This document shows, in pieces, positions 1 through 9,614 of a stretch of 64,000 nt of DNA (position 1 is the stretch's first letter; every line of letters begins with the position of its first letter). The stretch is from Pirellulales bacterium. Its GTDB lineage: Bacteria > Planctomycetota > Planctomycetia > Pirellulales > JACPPG01. Position numbers and translations under genes: made by a program. Location of the stretch: positions 157,832 to 221,831 of the forward strand of contig DASYDW010000116.1 of the NCBI GenBank assembly GCA_036499395.1, written 5' to 3'. Under the pieces are notes generated by a model. The model searched no databases, was not told the origin of the DNA, and saw only the letters and a list, made by a program, of their open reading frames with translations.

Positions 1-702
1 CCGGCCGACGAAGTGCAACTAATCATGGGGGACACGCGCGAGACGCGCTTTCTGAAACGTTCGGCCGCCTACGGTAAGCTCGATTTGCGCACCGTAGGCG
101 CCACGCTCTCTCGCACCGGCCGCGCGAAGTTGGATCACGTCGATAAGCCAACATGGAACACAGAAATTTTCGCAGCCGAGTGCGCCGGCTGTCACGCCAC
201 GGCCGTCGATCCCGAGACACACGCCTTCGCCGCGCCATCGCTCGATTGCTTCACCTGCCACGGCGATGCGCCGGCCAAGCATGCCAACGATCCGAAGTTG
301 ATGCCGCTGGCCAAGGCGCGCAAAGATTCGCCCGCCGTAGTTACCTCGATCTGCGCCCAATGCCATGTGCGATTCGGAAAATCGAAATCGACAGGCTTGC
401 CCTATGCCAACAACTTCGTGGCGGGCGATAATTTGTTCCGCGACTTCCAGGTCGACTTCGCGTTGGCTGATGATGTGAAGATCAATCCGGCCGACCGGCA
501 CGTGCTCGACAACGTGCGCGACGTCGTACTGTATGGTCGCGAGTCGATGACCTGCCTCAGTTGCCACCAAGTGCATACCGGCTCGACGAAAGCGCATCGC
601 GATGTGCCCGATCAAAAGTATTGCCTGCACTGCCACGAGGCCGGCAAACCGAAGAAGGAGCACATTCCCTACGAGGTTCACAGCCAGCGCTGCCAGTATT
701 GA
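1..702 (+). CDS. multihaem c-type cytochrome (5' end cut by window edge)
   Basis: The frame is open from nt 1, with no stop before the listed codon at 13. The translation has five CxxCH haem-binding motifs (CAGCH, CFTCH, CAQCH, CLSCH, CLHCH). Stop at 700-702. Confidence 0.8.
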   Translation, partial: PADEVQLIMGDTRETRFLKRSAAYGKLDLRTVGATLSRTGRAKLDHVDKPTWNTEIFAAECAGCHATAVDPETHAFAAPSLDCFTCHGDAPAKHANDPKLMPLAKARKDSPAVVTSICAQCHVRFGKSKSTGLPYANNFVAGDNLFRDFQVDFALADDVKINPADRHVLDNVRDVVLYGRESMTCLSCHQVHTGSTKAHRDVPDQKYCLHCHEAGKPKKEHIPYEVHSQRCQY

Positions 703-1158
703 CCGGCGACAAATTCATGGCTGAATTCCGACGATTGATCGAAAAAAGCTCATATGCCATTTGGCATGCGGGAAAGGGCTTTGGCACCAGATTTCTTGGG
801 GGAAAAGGGCATTTTCTACTTGCGTTGCTCGGAGTCGGCTTCTAGACTCGACACTGATTTGTGGGACTAATTTCAGCTTTTTCTTGGCGCAGCTAATGAC
901 ATCGAGCCCCAATCGCTAACCTCCGTCCCTACGGGGGCGCGCGCTTTCTAGGCGATTGTTAATTCGGGCTCATTCTGGCAATTCTTGCCGCGTCACTCGG
1001 GCTTTCGATTGGATTTGCTCGTTGCGCTCATCGTGCGCGCATCAATCAATTCGAATCGTGACCTCGCGTTTATCGCGCGCCTATTCCGGATTTCACCGCA
1101 GGTTTGCACCCGCGGATTTACTTGACTTGTTTACCTGCCTTTAACTACGGAGTGTCTC

Positions 1159-1869
1159 ATGAAGTCGACCAAAATGCCTGGTGTGATTGCCTTTTCCTGT
1201 CTCGTGCTGGGATTGGCAATTTCGGCCCCGGCGACCACGATCTCATTCTCAACCGGCGATAACTCGACGGTGGATGGTGGTAAACCGGTGGATGCCCAGG
1301 TGACGTTCGTGACCACTACGAACGAAATTCTTGTCACGTTGGAAAATCTGCAAACGAAGATTAGTGATATCGCGCAAGTGATTAGTGGTGTGTCGTTCGA
1401 ATTGAGCAACAACAAGACCAGCACCACGCTCGGATCGAGTTCCGGTGTGGAACGAACGGTGAATTCAAACCGTACTTTCAGTGACGGTCTGACGGTTCCC
1501 ACCGGCTGGCAAGTTCTGCTCGATGGCACCAGCATGCAGCTGATGCTGCCCGATGGAATGGACACGCACTCCATTATCGGGCCGGCTTCTGGCACCAAGT
1601 ACTCGAATGCGAATTCGTCGATCGCGGGCAGTTCGGATGCCAATCCGTTCCTGGCCGGGCCGGTGACGTTCGTGATTCCCGTAAATGGCGTCACGTCGAC
1701 GACGACGGTCGATTGGGCCACTTTTCACTTTGGTATCTGTGCGACGTACGTGCAAGCATGCAATACGTTTGTGCCCGAACCGGGTAGCATGACGCTGGTC
1801 GGTCTGGCGATTGCGTGTGGGGCTGTTGCGGGCCGCCGTAAATTGCGTTCGCTACGCCGTAAGGCGTAG
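1159..1869 (+). CDS. PEP-CTERM sorting-domain exported protein
   Basis: Signal peptide MKSTKMPGVIAFSCLVLGLAISAPA. GGAG lies shortly upstream of the ATG. C-terminal PEP-CTERM signal FVPEPGSMTLVGLAIACGAVAGRRKLR. The body is Thr/Ser/Asn-rich with no recognised enzyme motif. Confidence 0.85.
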   Translation: MKSTKMPGVIAFSCLVLGLAISAPATTISFSTGDNSTVDGGKPVDAQVTFVTTTNEILVTLENLQTKISDIAQVISGVSFELSNNKTSTTLGSSSGVERTVNSNRTFSDGLTVPTGWQVLLDGTSMQLMLPDGMDTHSIIGPASGTKYSNANSSIAGSSDANPFLAGPVTFVIPVNGVTSTTTVDWATFHFGICATYVQACNTFVPEPGSMTLVGLAIACGAVAGRRKLRSLRRKA

Positions 1870-1994
1870 CCGGGGGTGACAGCGCCCTCGTGCGCTGTAG
1901 GGCGCCCTGCCAGGGAGAGGCAGGGCGCAAAGAGCTGAACGATAAGCGGACAAGAACAGAGAGCACGTACGAGGTTGGTCTCCTAAAAATGACC

Positions 1995-2019
1995 AAGCCG
2001 CCTTCCGGGCGGCTTTTTT
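1995..2019 (+). terminator. Rho-independent terminator downstream of the PEP-CTERM gene
   Basis: aaGCCGCC-ttccg-GGCGGCtt stem followed by a T6 run (2014-2019). Confidence 0.7.
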
Positions 2020-2247
2020 CATGCGCAGCCGCCGTTACGGCATGACATCGAGCCGAGGTTTTCTCGGCATGTTACCGGTTGATCGACCGGTTTGGCCTGA
2101 TGAAATCGCCGGAGTCGTAGACTCTCGCGTCTTGAGAATTTGACCTTCGGTCGCTGATCCTCCACAATGGCGCCGCTTGCCTGACCGTCCGTGCCCCCGC
2201 CCCGCCGCCGTCCCGCCCGCCTCCGCACAACGATAAGGATCGGTGCG

Positions 2248-3606
2248 ATGAATCCGTTTTGCCCAGGCCCGCTGCGCCGTCGCGAGTTCTTGCGCGCGGG
2301 CGTTCTCGGGCTGGGGGGCATCGGACTCGAGCAGGTTCTCGCCGCCCGGGCTCGCGCCGGCCAGGCATCGCGCGACACGACGGTGATCCTCTTCTGGATG
2401 TGGGGCGGCCCGAGCCATCTCGAGACGTACGACCTGAAACCGTACGCCCCCAGCGAATATCGCGGCCCCTTCCGTCCAATCGCGACGGACGTGCCGGGGC
2501 TCGATATCTGCGAATTGTTTCCGCGGCAGGCCCGGCTCGGCTCGAAGATCTCGCTCGTTCGTTCGTTGCACCATGACATGTCGGCGCATAACGACGGCTC
2601 GATCGAACTTCTGACCGGCAAAACTCCCGATCGGCCCGACCCCACCTCCACGGCGCGCAGCGAGCATCCCGACTTCGGCATGGTGGCCAGCAAGCTGCGC
2701 GGCTCCCGGCCGGACGGCCTGCCGAATTACGTCGGCATTCCGCGGCAACCCTTCATGACCCGGCCCGTTTATCTCGGGCTGGCGCACTCGGCCGTGGCCG
2801 CGGGCGATCCCTCTAACAAGGATTATCGTCCACCCAATTTGTCACTGGCCGCGGGTGTCGACGCCCAGCGACTTGCCGAGCGGCGCGGCCTGCTACCGCA
2901 ATTCGATCGGTTGCGTCGGGATCTGGACTTGGGGGGCTCGCTCGACGGCGTCGAGCAGTTCCGCGGCCAGGCGCTGACGATGCTCACTAACCCCGCGGTC
3001 GCTGACGCCTTTGCCGTCGGTCGCGAAACTGAAGCCGCGCGCGAGCGTTACGGCCGGCACCTGTGGGGACAAAGCTGCTTGCTTGCGCGCCGACTGGCTG
3101 AGGCGGGCGTGGCCGTCATTACGATCGACGCCCTCGCCCCCACGCTCAGTGATCGGTACTTCAGTTGGGACGATCACATCAACACAGTCACACGCTGGGA
3201 CATGGCCGACGCGATGCGGTATCGCGCGCCGTTCATGGACCAGGGCATCTCGGCCTTGATCGAAGACATCTACGACCGCGGCCTGTCCGAACGAGTGATG
3301 GTCGTCGCAGCCGGCGAATTCGGCCGCACGCCGCGATTGGTCAATCGCGACGGGCTGATCGGCCGCGATCACTGGCCCGGCGCGCAAGCGGCACTCGTTT
3401 CCGGCGGCGGACTGCGGATGGGGCAAGTCGTCGGTGCGACGAACTCGAAAGGAGAATACCCTGCCGATCGCCCGCTCACGCCGCAGGATCTGCTCGCCAC
3501 GATGTATCGCCATCTTGGCGTTGACTATGACCGCTCGTTCGTTGATTTAGGCGGCCGGCCGACAAAAATTCTGGCCGACGGCGCGCCCATCCGCGAACTG
3601 GTGTAA
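2248..3606 (+). CDS. DUF1501 family (sulfatase-fold) protein with Tat signal
   Basis: Twin-arginine leader MNPFCPGPLRRREFLRAGVLGLGG. Hallmark DUF1501 N-terminus TTVILFWMWGGPSHLETYDLKP and C-terminal AAGEFGRTPR...GRDHWP. ATG at 2248 is preferred over the GTG ORF start at 2191. Confidence 0.85.
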   Translation: MNPFCPGPLRRREFLRAGVLGLGGIGLEQVLAARARAGQASRDTTVILFWMWGGPSHLETYDLKPYAPSEYRGPFRPIATDVPGLDICELFPRQARLGSKISLVRSLHHDMSAHNDGSIELLTGKTPDRPDPTSTARSEHPDFGMVASKLRGSRPDGLPNYVGIPRQPFMTRPVYLGLAHSAVAAGDPSNKDYRPPNLSLAAGVDAQRLAERRGLLPQFDRLRRDLDLGGSLDGVEQFRGQALTMLTNPAVADAFAVGRETEAARERYGRHLWGQSCLLARRLAEAGVAVITIDALAPTLSDRYFSWDDHINTVTRWDMADAMRYRAPFMDQGISALIEDIYDRGLSERVMVVAAGEFGRTPRLVNRDGLIGRDHWPGAQAALVSGGGLRMGQVVGATNSKGEYPADRPLTPQDLLATMYRHLGVDYDRSFVDLGGRPTKILADGAPIRELV

Positions 3607-3834
3607 CGAACGTCGTAGGTACTCCACGAGCATCGGCCGCTGCCCGCAATGCGCTCCACGCATCACGCACTACCAGCCCAGCAGTGCCAGCAAGGGTCCC
3701 AACGCCAACCCAGATCACCGCCCTGCACAAAAGCTTCCCTCGGGCCGGCTTCGATTGTCGCAACCATCGCGGCGGATAAACTAGGGCTGCTCACGCCGCT
3801 CGCTCGTCCCTGCATCCCCAGGTGCCCCCCGGCC

Positions 3835-5121
3835 ATGGCTACCTCGATCGCTCCTTCCGCTACGTCTCCCTCCGCGCCGGTTCCTGCGAAGCCCCCGACC
3901 AGCGCCGCGCGAGGCAGCTCGGTCCGCACGCAGCCCAACGAGCGGCTGTTGTCGCTCGACGCGTACCGTGGATTCATCATGGTGGCGCTGGCGTCGGGCG
4001 GGTTCGGAATCTGGGAGGTGGCCCGCAAGCATTTTCCCGATGATCCCACCTGGCAAACGCTGGGCTATCACTTTCATCACGTGAAATGGCTGGGCTGCGC
4101 GTTCTGGGACTTGATCCAGCCGTCGTTCATGTTTATGGTCGGCGTGGCGATGGCCTATTCGTATGCCGCACGCCAGTCGCATGGCCAACCGTATTGGAAG
4201 ATGTTGCTACACGCCATCACACGTTCCATCGTGCTGGTGCTGTTGGGCGTGTTTCTGCGCTCGGGCAGTGGCACGCAAACCAATTGGACGTTCATGGACG
4301 TCGTATCGCAGATCGGGTTGGGCTACACGTTCTTGTTTTTGCTGTGGGGCAAGCCTCGGTTGTGGCAAGGCATTGCCGCGGCCGTGATTCTCGTCGGCTA
4401 TTGGGCGCTTTTCGCCGCGTACCCGCTGCCGCCTGAGGATTTCGATTACGCGTCGGTCGGCGTATCGGCTGATTGGCAGCATCTGGAAGGCTTTTCAAAG
4501 CACTGGGACAAGGGAACCAACCCCGCCGCGCGATTCGACACCTGGTTCCTGAACCTCTTCCCGCGTGCCAAGCCGTTCGCGTATGAGTCATCGGGCTATC
4601 CGACGCTGAACTTCATCCCCTCGCTGGCCACGATGATCTTCGGCCTGATGGCGGGCGAGTATCTACGCGGCCCACAGCGCCGCTGGGTGAAGTTCCTCAC
4701 GCTGGCCGGCCTGGGCGGCGCGGCACTCGGAATCGGCTGGGGGTTGGAATTGGCCGGCATCTGCCCGGTCGTCAAAATTATCTGGACGCCCAGTTGGGCC
4801 ATCTTCAGCACCGGCTGGACGCTGTTGATGCTGGCTGGCTTCTACGGTGTGATCGACGTTCTCGGCCTGCGGCGATGGAGCTCTCCGCTGTTGGTCGTCG
4901 GCATGAACTCGATCCTGATCTACGTCATGGAAAGCATGCTCAGCGGCTGGTTTAACACGCGGCTCAAAATCCATTTCGGCCAGGATCTATATCCGCGTGT
5001 TGCCAACGCCTTGCATCTCGGCGAGGCCTACGTGCCCATCGTCGAGCACGTGTTGGTCCTCTTGGCGATGTGGCTGGTCTGCTATTGGCTCTATCGCCAA
5101 AAGATCTTCGTGCGCATCTGA
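3835..5121 (+). CDS. multi-pass membrane protein, HGSNAT-like (DUF1624/DUF5009) acyltransferase family
   Basis: The RLLSLDAYRGFIMVALAS motif is typical of heparan-alpha-glucosaminide N-acetyltransferase-like proteins. About 10 hydrophobic segments follow. ATG 3835 was chosen; ORF start 3649 adds a non-hydrophobic Pro/Ser-rich extension. Confidence 0.6.
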   Translation: MATSIAPSATSPSAPVPAKPPTSAARGSSVRTQPNERLLSLDAYRGFIMVALASGGFGIWEVARKHFPDDPTWQTLGYHFHHVKWLGCAFWDLIQPSFMFMVGVAMAYSYAARQSHGQPYWKMLLHAITRSIVLVLLGVFLRSGSGTQTNWTFMDVVSQIGLGYTFLFLLWGKPRLWQGIAAAVILVGYWALFAAYPLPPEDFDYASVGVSADWQHLEGFSKHWDKGTNPAARFDTWFLNLFPRAKPFAYESSGYPTLNFIPSLATMIFGLMAGEYLRGPQRRWVKFLTLAGLGGAALGIGWGLELAGICPVVKIIWTPSWAIFSTGWTLLMLAGFYGVIDVLGLRRWSSPLLVVGMNSILIYVMESMLSGWFNTRLKIHFGQDLYPRVANALHLGEAYVPIVEHVLVLLAMWLVCYWLYRQKIFVRI

Positions 5122-5166
5122 ACGCTACGCGGACGACGACGTTTTTTAAAGAACGCCACGCGTCCT

Positions 5167-7281
5167 CTACTCGCCTGGCACCCACAGCGCAGACTTCTTG
5201 CCCGGCCCCGCGTCGCTTTCGGGAGTCCAGATCTTGCCCGGTTCGGCGGCCGCCCCCGGCACCACCAGCGGGGACGCACCTTGCTGAGGCGGCCGCACCG
5301 GCCGACCATCGGGCGTGACCAGTCCGGCCTCGACCAGGATCTGCAACAGTGCCTGCGCCACGCCCGGCTCGCGTGAATGTTCCTTTTGAATGTGCGCCAG
5401 CACGCGGCTGAATTCCTGCGGTTCGCCCCGTTCCAGTCGTAGCGACAATTCGTCGATGTCCCACATGGCCGTCGACTGTTTGGCCTCGTCGGCTGCCGCG
5501 CGCGCCTTGTCGAGATAAGTAAGCGATTGGCTGGTGTCGTCTTCCAGCCTCGCGAGCAAGCCGTAGACTTGCGATGTGTTGGCCTTCAAAGACTCGCGTG
5601 CAAGAATCGCGTGTGCGATCTTGCGCGTGGCCAGTTGTGCGGCCGCGAATCGCGCCCGATTGAATCCCGCTACCAGCACCTGATCTGGCGCCTTCTCCCA
5701 CTCCACGTGGTGCAGGCGGGCCAGCGGTACATCATCGACCGACGTCTTCGTCGGGTCGATTGCTTCGGCCTCGGGCAATCCCAACCGCCGGCGCAATTCA
5801 CCGAACGCGTCGCCGATCGATGCTTCCTGGAACGAAAGCTCCAGCACCAGAATCGCGGCCAGCAGCGCGATCTGCTTGCCCGGGTCTTGCGCGGCTTGCG
5901 CGGGCGTTTGACCGCCGAGCACCGCGGCCGCCGTCTGCGTCCATCGATCGAGGATCGCCTCGCGACGCTGAGCCACTAGCAGCTTGTGAACCTCATCAAC
6001 GGGCGTATCCTCGGGCAGCCGCCAGTTCCAGCTCAGCGACCATTGCGTGGCGGGAATCTCGCCCCGCTTCTCTTCGGCGCCGGCCGGGCCAAGTTGCCCG
6101 CCCCACAGCTCCGTGACGACTTCACGCAGCGGAGCGACGTTCGGCTGTGCCACGGTCACTTCCAACCGCGCTTCGCGATCGGTCTGTCGACCAAAAATCA
6201 GCACATGTCCGAGCACATTCGGTACATCTTCACGCTTCAAACCGGCGCCCGTGCCCGGCGCGGGGCGATCGAGCACCACGAACGACCGGTGCGGCGGCAC
6301 CTCGTTGCGCTCTGTCCATGATGCGGTGTTCACCGGCATCACGGCCAAACGCCGATCGGTCAGCCGAGTGTCCAGCCCCTCGACGTCCGTGATCGGATAA
6401 TTGATCGAGAACAAGTCGATCCCCTGCCCTGTCGTCGCCGGATCGATCAGTTGGGCGAGCGCTTCGGCCTCGACCCGATCGTCGCGCGGAACGTCGAGCG
6501 ACGCCAGCTTGCGCAGCGCTTCGACCGCGCCGCCGTCGTCGGCCAGCCACTGCCGCAGGATCGCCAGGTTGTGCCAGAGCGCGGGAGAATCGCCGGCGCT
6601 CGCGGCCAAGGCCGTCAGCTTGTCGGCCGCCACGCGCCACGAACCACGCTGCGCAGGCTGTAGCGCCTCGTCGAACTTCGCCCGCCAGCTTGCGCTCTCC
6701 GGCGCCGGCAAAAAATCGGGCTCTTCCTTGAACAGCAGCGGCACCTGCGGCGAACCATTTAGCCGCATGATCAGCCCCAATGTCCGCTCGTCCTGCGGCA
6801 GCAGGTGCGCGAGCACCAGCAGATGCCCCAGGGCCGACGGAATTTCGTCCATCGTCACCAGCGCCTCGGCAATACTGGCGATCACGTCGACCACCGTGGC
6901 GGGCATTGGCGTCGGACTGCTCGAAATCGCCAATTGCAGGGTTTCGATCGCCCTCCGCAGCTCTCCCTCACCCAGCGTCACCAAGGCTGATTCGGCCAAC
7001 GCCACCGGATTGGTCGAGGCATTGGCTAGCACACCATCGATCACCTTTTTCGCCTCGTCTTGCCGCCCCATACCCAGCAGTAGCAGAGCCTGCGACGTCA
7101 TCAGGCAGGCTCGGCCGGGATACTTCGATTGCAGTTTCTCGATATGTTCCAGGCAGGCGAGTCGCTGGTCCCCTTCGAGCATCCGCTGGATTTTTTCCAG
7201 CTCGCCAACGAGGTCTGCGCAGCAGAATTTCAGCTTCTTGCCCGTTCCGGCCGGACAAGGGGAATAAGGATCAAGCGGCAT
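5167..7281 (-). CDS. hypothetical protein with degenerate SEC-C-like N-terminal motif and helical-repeat (TPR-like) body
   Basis: N-terminus MPLDPYSPCPAGTGKKLKFCCADL resembles the SEC-C metal-binding motif CPCGSGKKYKKCC but lacks one Cys. The remainder is an Ala/Leu-rich helical sequence. ATG at 7281; the ORF start at 7341 is TTG. Confidence 0.6.
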   Translation of the reverse strand: MPLDPYSPCPAGTGKKLKFCCADLVGELEKIQRMLEGDQRLACLEHIEKLQSKYPGRACLMTSQALLLLGMGRQDEAKKVIDGVLANASTNPVALAESALVTLGEGELRRAIETLQLAISSSPTPMPATVVDVIASIAEALVTMDEIPSALGHLLVLAHLLPQDERTLGLIMRLNGSPQVPLLFKEEPDFLPAPESASWRAKFDEALQPAQRGSWRVAADKLTALAASAGDSPALWHNLAILRQWLADDGGAVEALRKLASLDVPRDDRVEAEALAQLIDPATTGQGIDLFSINYPITDVEGLDTRLTDRRLAVMPVNTASWTERNEVPPHRSFVVLDRPAPGTGAGLKREDVPNVLGHVLIFGRQTDREARLEVTVAQPNVAPLREVVTELWGGQLGPAGAEEKRGEIPATQWSLSWNWRLPEDTPVDEVHKLLVAQRREAILDRWTQTAAAVLGGQTPAQAAQDPGKQIALLAAILVLELSFQEASIGDAFGELRRRLGLPEAEAIDPTKTSVDDVPLARLHHVEWEKAPDQVLVAGFNRARFAAAQLATRKIAHAILARESLKANTSQVYGLLARLEDDTSQSLTYLDKARAAADEAKQSTAMWDIDELSLRLERGEPQEFSRVLAHIQKEHSREPGVAQALLQILVEAGLVTPDGRPVRPPQQGASPLVVPGAAAEPGKIWTPESDAGPGKKSALWVPGE

Positions 7282-7614
7282 GGCTTTCGGTCCGTCTGTA
7301 ACGAATGGGCAAGGCCCGGCGGAACGATTTTCCGCAGGCAAAAGTGCCTTGATCGTATCAGAGCGAGGCGGCCATTACGACCCGTCGCCGGCCACGCTGC
7401 CCCAGGGTGTGGGAGGCTGGACGGTCGCGCGCGGAAAGACCGTCAAAATCGGCCCGTCGCCGACCGCCGACCAGCGCCATCGACCCACCAATCGCTGAAG
7501 ACCTTATCCGGGCTTGGTCGATGAATGCAAGCAGAGGACCCCGGGGGTGCCCGGCGCAGTGCCGGTACGATCTATCGGAATCCGGGGCGCACCGTTTGTG
7601 ACGAGACCACGCGC

Positions 7615-7836
7615 ATGTGGCGGTCGTTTTTTCTTGCCGTCGGCCTGACGTTGCTCGTGGCCGGCGCCGAATGCCTGGTCGTGGACGACTTCATTCTGGC
7701 GTCCAAGGGGGGTGCCAGTGCCGAGCGCAGCACTCGCGATATCAAGCCGCCCGAATGGGCCCCCTGGAGCCTGCTCTCGGCTGGCGCCGTGACGATGCTC
7801 TACTCGTTCACGATCCCGCAGCGCGTGAAGGGCTAA
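7615..7836 (+). CDS. small two-TM membrane protein, unknown function
   Basis: MWRSFFLAVGLTLLVAGAECLVV and WSLLSAGAVTMLYSF hydrophobic segments. ATG 7615 lies within the ORF that starts at 7525. Confidence 0.45.
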   Translation: MWRSFFLAVGLTLLVAGAECLVVDDFILASKGGASAERSTRDIKPPEWAPWSLLSAGAVTMLYSFTIPQRVKG

Positions 7837-7950
7837 GGCAGTCTACTGTGGCGATGCTTCTCCCGTAGGGTGCCCTGCGAGCACTGTACATTGCCGAGGT
7901 GGGGCGATCCGAATTACGGCCCCAACAAGCTCGGGTGGCCCCCGCATCCG

Positions 7951-9477
7951 TCACCGATCTCGAATCGGCAGGAACTGCGGGTCAAGATGTACGTATCCGC
8001 CTTGACCTGCTTCGACTTTGCAGTTCGGTAACGCGGCACGTAATGCGCTTATTTGACTGCCGGTCACATGCACGCACCTGTGGACGCCTAATTCCTGAAG
8101 ATTCGACATTTTCTTCAGATGCTCCAAGCCATGATCTGTGAGCTTCTCGCACCAATAAAACCCCAACGATATTAGTTTCGGCAATTGGACCAAACTCGCC
8201 ACGTCATCATCGCTGAATCCTTGGACGCCATTGATCACCAGATGTTCAACGCTTTGGGGTATTACGACCTGATAATGTGGCGCATCGGCAGAGCGTGTTT
8301 GATAATCGAGGTCTAGCCGCTTCAATTTGCGGAGCGATGACAGGCCGTGCCCCTGCACACGGTCGTTCATACGAATACAGAGTTGATGCAGTTGCAGGCA
8401 TTCTCCGAGGCTCGCAAGCCCTGCGTCGTCGACGTTCGCACCCAAAGTGATATCAAGAGACTCAAGGTTCTTAATCGCTCGTAGCTGTTCCCATCCTTTG
8501 TTGGTTTCCGTGCTCTTGCCAAATAGCAGCGTCAGATCTTCTAGCTTTGTCAGGGTCGCGATTTCGGCGAGTACATCATCATTCAGTCCGTCGCGAAATC
8601 GGATGGTCAGCCAGTCTAGATTCTTAAGCTCGCCAAGCCGCGCGTTCGCGAGGTTGCTGCGCAGAGCGCGGCCGTTGATTTCTAACTGATGGAGTCCGTG
8701 CAAATTGCCAACCCACGGCCAGCCGCGCACGCCGGCGGGCAAATCGACAACGAAAACTTGGAGAATGGGCCCAGCCGGCCCCGGCGAGATCGTCACTCTG
8801 TGATCTACGTCTTCGTCAATATCCAAGTCAAGATATTCGAGGTTGCGGAGGGCGCCTAAATGGGAAAGTCCATCGTCGGAAATTTGAAATCCGCAGTTCA
8901 AATGTAGACGACGAAGATTGCTGAGCTTTTCGAGTTCGGCAATTCCCGCGTCAGTCACGTTCGCTCCGCAGTCAATAGTGAGGAACTCTAGTTTTTCCAG
9001 GGAACCAACAATGGCCATCACGCCGTTGTCACCGACTAGACGAGATTCGAGCCAAAGCTCATTCAGTTGCTTTAAGGACGCTAATTCCTGGAATCCGGAT
9101 TGCGTGCAACCGGAGTCGGATGAGATCATCAGTTCCTCAAGCTGCGGAAATTCAGGAAGGAGGCGCAACATATCATCCGTTGCGTGCCACAATTCAACGC
9201 TTTTAACGTTACAGAGATGATCGACATCGACAAATCTCTGCAACCACAATGGGACAGGAAGTGTGTCGAACTCGGGCTCGAAGTCTTTGTACTCTATCGA
9301 ATTGAAAGTGTGTCCCGCGCGAAGCGCTACCACCGAGCGCTTCTGCCGCAGGGCGCTCGCGTGCCAGCGCACGAGCAGGCCGAGACTGACGCCGAGCGTC
9401 AAAAAGACGACGAGCAATCCGCGCAGCCCGAACTGCAACCAGCGGCGGCGCGTGGGCCGTGTTTGTGAGTTGGTCAT
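7951..9477 (-). CDS. leucine-rich repeat (RNI/F-box-LRR-like) protein with N-terminal membrane anchor
   Basis: N-terminal RRRWLQFGLRGLLVVFLTLGVSLGLL anchor, then many ~25-aa repeats of the L..L..L.L....ItD.GL..L type. ATG 9477 was chosen over 9576. The gene is AT-richer than its surroundings (hand count 25/60 G+C at 8101-8160). Confidence 0.8.
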   Translation of the reverse strand: MTNSQTRPTRRRWLQFGLRGLLVVFLTLGVSLGLLVRWHASALRQKRSVVALRAGHTFNSIEYKDFEPEFDTLPVPLWLQRFVDVDHLCNVKSVELWHATDDMLRLLPEFPQLEELMISSDSGCTQSGFQELASLKQLNELWLESRLVGDNGVMAIVGSLEKLEFLTIDCGANVTDAGIAELEKLSNLRRLHLNCGFQISDDGLSHLGALRNLEYLDLDIDEDVDHRVTISPGPAGPILQVFVVDLPAGVRGWPWVGNLHGLHQLEINGRALRSNLANARLGELKNLDWLTIRFRDGLNDDVLAEIATLTKLEDLTLLFGKSTETNKGWEQLRAIKNLESLDITLGANVDDAGLASLGECLQLHQLCIRMNDRVQGHGLSSLRKLKRLDLDYQTRSADAPHYQVVIPQSVEHLVINGVQGFSDDDVASLVQLPKLISLGFYWCEKLTDHGLEHLKKMSNLQELGVHRCVHVTGSQISALRAALPNCKVEAGQGGYVHLDPQFLPIRDR

Positions 9478-9614
9478 CACTGTCGATTCTAATCCGTCGC
9501 GCCGTGCTTTACGTCGCGTGGTAAAATGACTCGACCGGTGGCAGTGGCTGCGGGCGTCGTAATCAGCGGCCGTCACCGCCGGTCGTAATCCGGGCCGATA
9601 CGGAGATTATCGCG

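Noticed and set aside
754-767. Short palindrome ATGCCA-tt-TGGCAT in the gap after the cytochrome gene.
   Set aside because: With only 6-bp arms and no T-run or repeat partner, it is compatible with chance.
3649-3834. Long N-terminal extensions offered by the ORF track here, and likewise at 45091-45360, 33185-33607 and 2191-2247.
   Set aside because: The extensions are Pro/Arg/Ser-rich, start at non-ATG codons or overlap the preceding gene. They precede internal ATGs that give normal signal peptides or family-typical N-termini.
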